DNA from: Candidatus Paceibacter sp.
GTDB taxonomy: Bacteria > Patescibacteriota > Patescibacteriia > S139-126
Length of the DNA: 64,000 bases
Reading direction: 5' to 3'
Assembly (NCBI GenBank): GCA_020724865.1
Contig: DYGA01000002.1
Span: 12,032 to 76,031 of the forward strand
Position numbers and translations under genes: made by a program. The notes under the pieces were generated by a model. The model was not told the DNA's origin. It was given only the letters and a program-made list of their open reading frames with translations, and made no database searches. Position 1 is the stretch's first letter. The number at the start of each line of letters is the position of its first letter. Positions 58,101 to 64,000 of the stretch are shown in pieces.

Positions 58101-60164
58101 GGCAGTAGTGTTACTATGACTTTTGTAGTAAATCAAGGTGGGGTATACAACGTGCTGCGTGACGGAGTGATTGTTTATACCACCGGTGTCAATGCCGGAA
58201 CTTATACTTACAATTTTACTGGACTAACTGCTGGACCTCATGTTTTAGGAGTATCTATTACCAATGCCAATGGCACTGGTAATGCGCAAATAAACTATAC
58301 TGTTAATCCACCACCTCAACCCACAGTTACTATTACTAACCCTACTAATGGTAGTACTGGCACTAGCACTGTTTTTCTAACCTTTAATATTAGTCAAAGT
58401 GGAGTATATACCATTTCGCGCAACGGCTCACTTGTTTATACTAGTGGCAACGTAGCAACTGGTAGTCATACTTATGTTTTGGGGGGATTGTCACCCGGAC
58501 CACATATTTTAGGTGTATCTATTACCAATGCCAATGGTACGGGTAATGCTCAAGTTATTTACAATGTTAATCCACCCCCGCCAGATCCGCCGACCGTTAC
58601 TATAAACAGTCCTGCCAATAATACCACGGGTGGTAGTAGCGTGACTATGAATTTTACGATTAGTCAAAATGGTACTTATAATATTTTACGTAATGGGGTG
58701 GGTATTGCCACCAGCACTGTATCAGCCGGAACCTATACTTATACTTTCAACAATTTAACTAATGGTAATTATATTTTAGGAGTATCTATTACCAATGCCA
58801 ATGGCACTGGTAATGCGCAAATAAACTATACTGCCAATACACCTCCCCCTACCGTCACTATCAATAGTCCTGCTGATGGCGGCACTAGTAATTCTAGTAT
58901 TGTTGTTATGCAATATACAGTTAGTGCCGCAGTAACAGCTTCATTTTTTGTTGATGGTTCTTTGGTAGGTGGAACCAGTCATAGTAGTAGTGGCACATAC
59001 AGCTTTGATTTTACTGGTCTTACTAATGGTACTCATATATTACAGGTCAATGTTAGTAATTCTTATGGGAATGCTAGTGCTCAAATTACTTACAATATAA
59101 GTGTGCCGCCGGTTGTTACTATTTTAAGTCCGGTTAACAATAGTAGTGGTGGTAGTAGCGTGGTAATGCAATTTAATATTAGCCAGGCTGGAACTTATAG
59201 ATTATTTTTGGATGCCACACCAGTATTTACTACCACTGCTAACGCTGGAACTTATACGTATAATTATACTGGTTTAACCACCGGTAGTCATGTCTTGCGA
59301 GTAGAATTATCAAACAGTTATGGTAATGATAGTGATCAAGTAACATATAATAAGATAGCAGAAATACCAGCTGCTCCGTCGGGATTAACTGCTGTTGCCA
59401 GTGGTAATAATATAACTTTAAATTGGACAGATAATTCTAACAATGAAACAAATTTTGTAATTGATCGGGCAGTTGGTAGTCCAACATCTTGGACGATTGG
59501 GTATACTATGGTTGGTGCCAATGTTACCACCTTCCAAGATACTGGTTTATCAGATGATACATATTATTATCGAATTCGAGCAGAAAATGTTGATGGTTTT
59601 AGTGCTTACTCCAATACAGCTAGTGCCGTAGTGTTATCACAAGCTACCATTTTTGTTTCCAGTCTTTCAACGCAGGGCAATGTGGGTGCTGGTTATATAG
59701 AAAATGTTGATCAATTTTGCCAAAACTTAGCTAATGCTTCAAGTTTAGTCAGACCTGGACAATGGCGGGCTTGGATTTCAGGTTTGTCAATGTCAGGGAT
59801 CAATATAAACGCAAAAGGACATTTTACTGGCTATCAATCTGTCCCATTATATAATAAAAGTAGTTCAAATATGTTTTTAGTCGCTAGTAATGTGTCAGCA
59901 TTATGGACCACTGGAATTCAAGCAAATGTTTTGTATGATGAAAATGGGATTAGTAGGCCGACTGATATCTATACTGGTACTTATAGTGATGGCTCAGCTT
60001 CTGGTATAAATTGTAATAATTGGTCAAATAATACTTGGTATTATGGTGGAGGAGTTGGCGTAAATGATTATTATCCTATTGCAGGTCTTCCTCTTTGGAC
60101 TAATTCTCATCAACTTAGTTGTAATATGAACGCAAATATTTATTGTATTTGGTATAGACCATAA
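52137..60164 (+). CDS. Giant surface protein: N-terminal VirB2/TrbC-like pilin, Ig-like, IPT/TIG, Cys-rich, pseudopilin-like, FN3 and C-terminal DUF1554/endostatin-like domains
   Basis: IIYGGYVWMTAGGSEQKVSLAKKILINGVIGL; V.FSESID; CGDG repeats; PAAPSGLTA...LNWTDNS; DQFCQ...WRAWIS...CNNW...IYCI. Confidence 0.85.
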   Translation: MQLFSFPQSRISEKHCAFPVFGSHFFKSFINNFLATIILGAIFFVPTLVSAQGVDFGLGYGSAIGLGTQDIRETVARIIKIALGILGIIVTLIIIYGGYVWMTAGGSEQKVSLAKKILINGVIGLVIIILAYALTVWIFRIIIGGTTGGGSGSCVEGQISGCTRCVGGTWIYDGSIPGCVLPGADFRVKNIQTTHGGNNPAQDVYLCSRIQSNFSNRIAAQSVADALNANQLRIDTFAGNWQVTSNVLTFKHDDNLFSINTAYRLLLPRQGNTTPLFDQNNLNLTQCDPIVGCASTLEHFTWDFVTGEDNDDVAPEITNTYPVSDITSPTYPDRNVSRSPIMEVNFSESIDATSVADSNGNPLAGVITLERLSDRGGSVDLTIPNNQLEVYFTSNGFRFNLIEPNLLDSFRWYRITVQGVEDLCGNQMAAPRVWEFQTNDSSPGVRTWYPTGTNQCLDVDVIVGFNSSMFDQQVTFVISGSDGSVYSATMRPSLLEPGPYQVAGSGGSLSVADPGQPYSNNFKSFVFRANNGWRANTTYSVTITTDLVINTNGDTLSHNWNFSTSDAASCVCSPYIMSINPNQGMAGQCVTVQGRCFTGTSAKPAEITNVSINGQTVTVGGSDSNYFTTSIPDNLPVGTQAPVVATITYQDPELGSITSNNNVNYYVNQPGIYNGPCLWSIVPSLGCADTSVTLNGIRFGTDPGNYQTDQNNVTFNLNRRARQSDFSLWSDTSIRTRVPQATVDGNVYVTANSLVTNGVPFDMSCGSGGACSADPNICSPNPTSCAVGYECNTSCICQAVGGSVGDPCSSDPNSCVPDDTLCSSSLFCDPNSCTCQSNGETTTRFNVIANWPTCEGVCVNSEVGLRFSTSVDPTTVTNANIAIFDYRDSGYTQMVGEEQITVFLNSSTNEVYIYPNGGLSRGYYMRVVVRNGILSSSGQTIQNLNFDEDGNGVNDSYAWTFSAGNETCTLTAIENSPVLMTFNNINQNQTIYGRAISSQQCGPNQYVNPWDHDWKWEDTNNGNIAKVTNRDINNDNKYDPAQTVTSIAAGTTQIRSEVDSNLTALSDVIVGSGSSGVGTVCDADPNTPQCDLNNNICGNFGLVCDPNANCTCQQAGYTPLTPGVVSVIPINNQTDVCRNSIVQVTFNQKMDTGSIVWQSTFKINDNDRDDVRGNLNFITVNNGVYGCNNPQGCTVVRFYPSRAYVQNSLHTITLTTGIKNLSGLSLPANFVSSFTTGSQICKVNTVDLQPNYHLFTTLNESVVYMATAKDLRGGLVAPIPGFYDWNWQWVKADDDNVVNMEDVGNPDRRNIVAQSSNGLARIKATAEITTADVSIGDSVGRKISDSSEAEVFICIYPWPATPPMQDSQYGFQMKYCRGNDSANLLGMLSDPTNSIISLTTSDPDLEREYLFNYLVSSLPVGGQTEPFIISKLQRFKIGQLLVLWWKNLLAMFNKQSVWAQVPQDVIGLRIYNNPNRLGPRAWYEQKSFPKGNPQDITVDGFPAIKDGTSVYILGPRRAGSIETYIYVLSYNDLSSQNNIAIFNQLIKNFRFYTLTPEEKPAVARDLKRLADASFIATQLERYKNRTGNYPALSAGSYIAGMSTSKWPSWQATLGNQLGVSIPNDPINKFASYCSNNPNQSCWQNSDCGTGQCLSGCGEEANPDTCWNEVTQEYSCPAGSAVYQYRRYGTNDFRIGVLLEVNDYEALPTYLDVNEAYCNGTIYTGDGFCGDGIVQASLGEQCEVGQQILACNPTWPNYYNPIYQQCESDCSWPDAQVSTCGGYCGDGVLQSSNEICDGTAGLGGVGPATCYTDCSGFYCNPGYVLVGGVCQLDWCNPATQDCSSQIPNGNGQYQSCNYVSGNWQWSDCQVTSCNPGYVISGNSCVLPQPTVTITSPANNTNGGSSVTMTFVVNQGGVYNVLRDGVIVYTTGVNAGTYTYNFTGLTAGPHVLGVSITNANGTGNAQINYTVNPPPQPTVTITSPANNTNGGSSVTMTFVVNQGGVYNVLRDGVIVYTTGVNAGTYTYNFTGLTAGPHVLGVSITNANGTGNAQINYTVNPPPQPTVTITNPTNGSTGTSTVFLTFNISQSGVYTISRNGSLVYTSGNVATGSHTYVLGGLSPGPHILGVSITNANGTGNAQVIYNVNPPPPDPPTVTINSPANNTTGGSSVTMNFTISQNGTYNILRNGVGIATSTVSAGTYTYTFNNLTNGNYILGVSITNANGTGNAQINYTANTPPPTVTINSPADGGTSNSSIVVMQYTVSAAVTASFFVDGSLVGGTSHSSSGTYSFDFTGLTNGTHILQVNVSNSYGNASAQITYNISVPPVVTILSPVNNSSGGSSVVMQFNISQAGTYRLFLDATPVFTTTANAGTYTYNYTGLTTGSHVLRVELSNSYGNDSDQVTYNKIAEIPAAPSGLTAVASGNNITLNWTDNSNNETNFVIDRAVGSPTSWTIGYTMVGANVTTFQDTGLSDDTYYYRIRAENVDGFSAYSNTASAVVLSQATIFVSSLSTQGNVGAGYIENVDQFCQNLANASSLVRPGQWRAWISGLSMSGININAKGHFTGYQSVPLYNKSSSNMFLVASNVSALWTTGIQANVLYDENGISRPTDIYTGTYSDGSASGINCNNWSNNTWYYGGGVGVNDYYPIAGLPLWTNSHQLSCNMNANIYCIWYRP
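57791..58312 (+). repeat. Two identical 261-bp (87-aa) intragenic tandem repeats
   Basis: 57791-58051 matches 58052-58312; four more diverged units follow. Confidence 0.9.
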
Positions 60165-60169
60165 AATAT

Positions 60170-60661
60170 ATGGAAGAAATTAATCAAAAAGTAAAAGAAT
60201 TTAAAGAAAAAAGAAAAATTAAATTTCTAATTATTTTATTGTTAGTTTTAATTGTTGTAACCGCTGGAATAATATATTTTTTTTGGAACAATGAAATAAA
60301 GTTGGCGATGCGTGGTCGGGATGGCAAACAAGTAGATTTAACCATTGGTAATAAAGAGGTTATAGATGCCACGCTTGATTCTGATGGCGACGGGTTGACT
60401 GATGTTATAGAAAATCGTCTAGGCACTGATAAAAATAAGACTGACTCTGATAATGATGGTATTATTGATGGCGAAGAATTGATGGGTTGGGGGACTAATC
60501 CTCTCAAATTAGATAGTGATAATGATGGGTTGTCTGATTATAATGAAGTTAAAGCTTATGGTACTGATCCGCTAAAACCAGATAGTGATGAGGATGGTTT
60601 TGCTGACGGTTGGGAAGTTTTTAATAATTTTAACCCCAAAGGAAAAGGAAAGTTAGAATAA
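60170..60661 (+). CDS. Membrane-anchored protein with DxDxDG (thrombospondin type 3-like) repeats
   Basis: TM then DSDGDGLTD, DSDNDG x2, DSDEDG, GTDP. Confidence 0.85.
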   Translation: MEEINQKVKEFKEKRKIKFLIILLLVLIVVTAGIIYFFWNNEIKLAMRGRDGKQVDLTIGNKEVIDATLDSDGDGLTDVIENRLGTDKNKTDSDNDGIIDGEELMGWGTNPLKLDSDNDGLSDYNEVKAYGTDPLKPDSDEDGFADGWEVFNNFNPKGKGKLE

Positions 60662-60712
60662 TTATAATTTTTTTTGTATAATAATATTATAATAAAATAT
60701 TATTGATATCTT

Positions 60713-61354
60713 ATGTTTGATGATATAAAAAATAATAGCCAAATTATGAATGATAATAGTTCTGATAAAAATGTTTCTAAGCCAGTGGAAGATATTTTTT
60801 CCGAAACAGAAAAAAACAATCCCACTCCTCAACTGCAGGAAATTTTAGATACAAATACTATGCCCGCTGCTTATCAGCCAACTAATAATATGTATGAATC
60901 GGGTAAGAATAAAAAAAATGTATTAAAGTTATTGTTACTAATTATTTTTGTTGCCATTGTGGGAATAGGTGGTTATATTGCTTATGGTATGTATCAAGAT
61001 AGTCAGGTTAAAAAAGTTTTAAATGAACCAGAAACATCTTCAGTTAACAACGATGAAAATTCTTCTAATACTAACTCCGATGTTACTATTATCTCAGGAA
61101 ATGTAGTTGATACTGACAATGACGGTTTATCAGATCAAGAAGAGTCTACCTTTGGTACTGATATAAATTTGCCCGATACAGATAGTGACAATTTATTTGA
61201 TCGGGAGGAAATAAAAATTTATGGAACCGATCCTTTGAATTCCGATACTGACGGTGATGGTTATCTTGATGGTGATGAGGTTAAAGCAGGTTATAATCCA
61301 TTGGGACCAGGCAGGTTATGGCCGGAAAATCCCAATCCAAATATTGAAGAATAA
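60713..61354 (+). CDS. Membrane-anchored protein with DxDxDG repeats
   Basis: TM then DTDNDGLSD, DTDSD, DTDGDG, GYNP. Confidence 0.85.
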   Translation: MFDDIKNNSQIMNDNSSDKNVSKPVEDIFSETEKNNPTPQLQEILDTNTMPAAYQPTNNMYESGKNKKNVLKLLLLIIFVAIVGIGGYIAYGMYQDSQVKKVLNEPETSSVNNDENSSNTNSDVTIISGNVVDTDNDGLSDQEESTFGTDINLPDTDSDNLFDREEIKIYGTDPLNSDTDGDGYLDGDEVKAGYNPLGPGRLWPENPNPNIEE

Positions 61355-61362
61355 ATATATTT

Positions 61363-62703
61363 ATGGTTTCAGAACAGAGTAATTTTGATCAATTCAATAG
61401 TTATGACCAAGCCCCGGCTATTTATACCATGCCAGAAAAATTTTTGCCTAAGCAAAAGAAACAAAAAAATAAATCTGGTAAAGGTATAATAATTTTTTTG
61501 TATTTTTTGATCGCTGTAGTTTTGATTGGAGCTGGTTTTGCTGTGTGGTTTTTATTTTTAAGACAGGAACCAGAAGTTATTGAACAGCCAAAAGTTATAC
61601 CCCAGGTAAATATAACCAATCCGACTAGTACACCAGCGGTGCAAGAGGAAATTACTCCGGTTGAAGTTAAATTTGTTGCGCGTGATGCACAGGGTAATGA
61701 GTTCTCCCACGTTTTGATCAAATTAACTGATGTTGATACTGAATTAGCAGAAAAAATCAAAGTAACATCATTATTGCCTGAACAAATGACTGGAAGAGCT
61801 AGTCGTGCCATTGGGGCTATTTATTTATTTACCATAGAAGACAGTAAAAATTTATCTCGCCCCACCACTTTTATTTTTTCTTATACAGAACCTGATGATT
61901 TAACAAGTAAAAAGGAGAACAGCTTGCAATTAGCAGAAGAAATATCACCCGGTACTTGGAAGTATTTGACCGGTAGTAAACTTGATATAGTAGCCAATAC
62001 TATAAGCATAGAACTATCGTCTTTCCCTCAAGGACAAGTAACTATTTTGTCGAATTTAGAAGAAGAAGAAAATTTTGATTTTTACAACCCTCTGTCCGAT
62101 GAACAACCACAAGATAATGACATTTTAGTAACAACTCCTTTAAGTTCAACTTTAGATTCTGACAACGATGGTTTAACTGATGTTGAAGAACAGCTTTATA
62201 AATCTAACCCATCTTTACCCGATACTGATGGAGATGGATTTTTAGATGGGCAGGAGGTAATTAATAAATATAGTCCAATTAGCGCTGATAGTTTATTAGC
62301 TGCTGGTTTAGTTAATGAATATAAAAATGATGATATGAAAATAAGTTTATTTTATCCATCTAGCTGGACAGTAAGAATTGGTAATGCGGAAACACAATCG
62401 GTTTCTTTCGAATCAAGTGGTGATGATTTTATTCAGATTTCTATTCAAGATAATCCTGATAATTTAGATGTTTATGCTTGGTATAGTAAATTGGCTCCCA
62501 ATATTGATCAAACCTTACTTGCTAAAACTACAATTGCTGGTTTAGACGCTATTTATTCTCCAGATATGGCCAACTTATATGTAGCGCAAAATAACAAAAT
62601 ATATATTTTGACCTATAGTGCTGGGTTAAAAACTCAAGTAGATTATTTGACTACTTTTGCAATGATGCAGGCCAGTTTAAACTTTTTAACAAATGGCAAT
62701 TAA
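61363..62703 (+). CDS. Membrane-anchored protein with DxDxDG repeats and a C-terminal PsbP-like domain
   Basis: TM; DSDNDGLTD, DTDGDG; ISLFYPSSW...FAMMQASLNF. Confidence 0.8.
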   Translation: MVSEQSNFDQFNSYDQAPAIYTMPEKFLPKQKKQKNKSGKGIIIFLYFLIAVVLIGAGFAVWFLFLRQEPEVIEQPKVIPQVNITNPTSTPAVQEEITPVEVKFVARDAQGNEFSHVLIKLTDVDTELAEKIKVTSLLPEQMTGRASRAIGAIYLFTIEDSKNLSRPTTFIFSYTEPDDLTSKKENSLQLAEEISPGTWKYLTGSKLDIVANTISIELSSFPQGQVTILSNLEEEENFDFYNPLSDEQPQDNDILVTTPLSSTLDSDNDGLTDVEEQLYKSNPSLPDTDGDGFLDGQEVINKYSPISADSLLAAGLVNEYKNDDMKISLFYPSSWTVRIGNAETQSVSFESSGDDFIQISIQDNPDNLDVYAWYSKLAPNIDQTLLAKTTIAGLDAIYSPDMANLYVAQNNKIYILTYSAGLKTQVDYLTTFAMMQASLNFLTNGN

Positions 62704-63139
62704 AGTTTTTTTTTATTCTGCTAAGCCAAGCAGTATAAATAAAAAAATAGTAGATTTAGTAGTTAAGCAAACTATTAGTTTGGCTGTTGGCAAAAATTTA
62801 TCTTCAGAATTGTCAGTGGTTTTATTGCCGGATAGTTCGGTTAAAGTATTAAATAAAAAATATCGCCATATAGACAAACCTACAGATGTATTGTCTTTTC
62901 CGGGTAAAAGTGAAAAAATGCCCAATTTTGATAATTTTTTAGGGGAAATTGTAATTGCCAGAGGTGTTTGTCAAAAACAAGCCAAGATACATAAGCACAG
63001 TTTTAAAAAAGAGTTTATTATTCTCTTGATTCATGGCCTGCTTCATTTATTGGGTTACGATCACAAGAAAAATAAAGAAGCGATAATTATGGAAAGTTTA
63101 GAAGCAAAAATATTAAAAAAGGTGTATGAAGTTGTTTAG
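62693..63139 (+). CDS. ybeY: rRNA maturation endoribonuclease YbeY
   Basis: LNKKYR, TDVLSF, HGLLHLLGYDH. Confidence 0.96.
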   Translation: MAIKVFFYSAKPSSINKKIVDLVVKQTISLAVGKNLSSELSVVLLPDSSVKVLNKKYRHIDKPTDVLSFPGKSEKMPNFDNFLGEIVIARGVCQKQAKIHKHSFKKEFIILLIHGLLHLLGYDHKKNKEAIIMESLEAKILKKVYEVV

Positions 63140-63497
63140 TAATTTTTTGAGTAGTTTGCGCAATGCTTTAAGTGGCTGGCGTTATTTATTTGTCAGCCAA
63201 CAAAATTTTCGTATTCAAGTTTTTTTTGGTTTGATGGTTTTCATCACAGCTTGGCTACTAAAAGTCAAAAGACAGGATTGGTTAGTTTTATTATTATTAG
63301 TTACTATGGTTTTGGTGTTAGAAACTCTAAATACAGTTTTTGAATTTTTTTTAGATATGGTGAAGCCAAAAATAAATAGCTATGTAAAAATGTTTAAAGA
63401 TATGTTGGCAGCAATGGTTTTATTGGCTTCATTGGCAGCCGGAATTATTGGTATCATTATATTCTATCCTTACTTGAGAAATATATTTGTTCAATAA
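63126..63497 (+). CDS. dgkA: Diacylglycerol/undecaprenol kinase
   Basis: NFRIQ, ETLNTVFE, KDMLAAMVL; ybeY-dgkA synteny. Confidence 0.9.
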   Translation: MKLFSNFLSSLRNALSGWRYLFVSQQNFRIQVFFGLMVFITAWLLKVKRQDWLVLLLLVTMVLVLETLNTVFEFFLDMVKPKINSYVKMFKDMLAAMVLLASLAAGIIGIIIFYPYLRNIFVQ

Positions 63498-63579
63498 GAT
63501 TTAGAATTTTAATTTTATTTTTTTAAAAAATATTGTATAATACAGAGGTAATTATCAGGTAATATTAAATATTGTCAGC

Positions 63580-64000
63580 ATGGGGAAAAGTAATATTATT
63601 AGCGGTTTGGATATTGGGACTACTCATATTAGAGTGGTAGTTGGTCAGTCTGCAGGTGAACAATTAAATATTATGGCTGCAGCGGAAGTGCCTGCTGAAG
63701 GGGTGAGTAAAGGAGTAATTAACAGCATAGAAGATGCTGTTTCTTCTGTATCTTTAGCTTTAGAAAAGGCAGAAAGACTATCTGGATTGCCGATTGAAAG
63801 TACTTTTGTAGCTATTTCTGGTTCCCATATAATTTCTGAGGATAGTCACGGTGTGGTAGCGGTAGGAAAAGCTGATGGCGAGATAAGAGATGATGATGTT
63901 GAGCGCGTAATTGAGGCAGCTCAAGCTGTAGCTAGCCCACCTAATTATGAGATTTTGCATGTTATACCAAGATCTTTTAGTGTGGATAATCAAACTGGAA
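63580..64000 (+). CDS. ftsA: Cell division protein FtsA, 3'-truncated by the window edge
   Basis: MGKSNIISGLDIGTTHIRVVVG...GVSKGVI...ILHVIPRSFSVD. Confidence 0.93.
   Translation, partial: MGKSNIISGLDIGTTHIRVVVGQSAGEQLNIMAAAEVPAEGVSKGVINSIEDAVSSVSLALEKAERLSGLPIESTFVAISGSHIISEDSHGVVAVGKADGEIRDDDVERVIEAAQAVASPPNYEILHVIPRSFSVDNQTG

Noticed and set aside
59640-60164. Lectin-like C-terminus as a diversity-generating retroelement target
   Set aside because: No template repeat or reverse transcriptase seen in the window; cannot exclude one elsewhere.

Overview
AT-rich bacterial chromosome segment whose gene content points to Patescibacteria/CPR (inferred: sortase, LCP, DprA, short Rel enzyme, giant pilin-fused surface protein, mostly Shine-Dalgarno-less housekeeping genes; TGA is used as stop). 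Left to right: the end of a compositionally distinct island (large helical protein, Mrr-family nuclease); arsenic/copper-type metal operons (ArsR-thioredoxin-ArsP-Grx/DsbD; CsoR-DsbD-CopZ-CopA); stress/accessory genes (cytochrome b5, RlmN, MgtA, M23, B12-binding MerR/CarH, fasciclin, YbhB); four tRNAs; core genes (uppS, parA, parB, rel, rpmB, topA, dprA, mfd, pth, der, lepB, hisS, rpsU, yqeY, ybeY, dgkA, ftsA); and a 2675-aa pilin-anchored adhesin followed by three Asp-rich repeat membrane proteins. Most interesting signals: (1) a small GIY-YIG gene flanked by duplicated 5' ends of tRNA-Leu, with a 20-bp palindrome seen in both filled and empty sites; (2) a stand-alone ~135-nt structured RNA with its own promoter and terminator that displays an anti-SD loop; (3) seven dispersed single-gene or two-gene cassettes sharing promoter + boxA-like motif + strong SD; (4) rpsU with a strong SD and no canonical start codon. 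All calls are by eye; no searches or folding were run.
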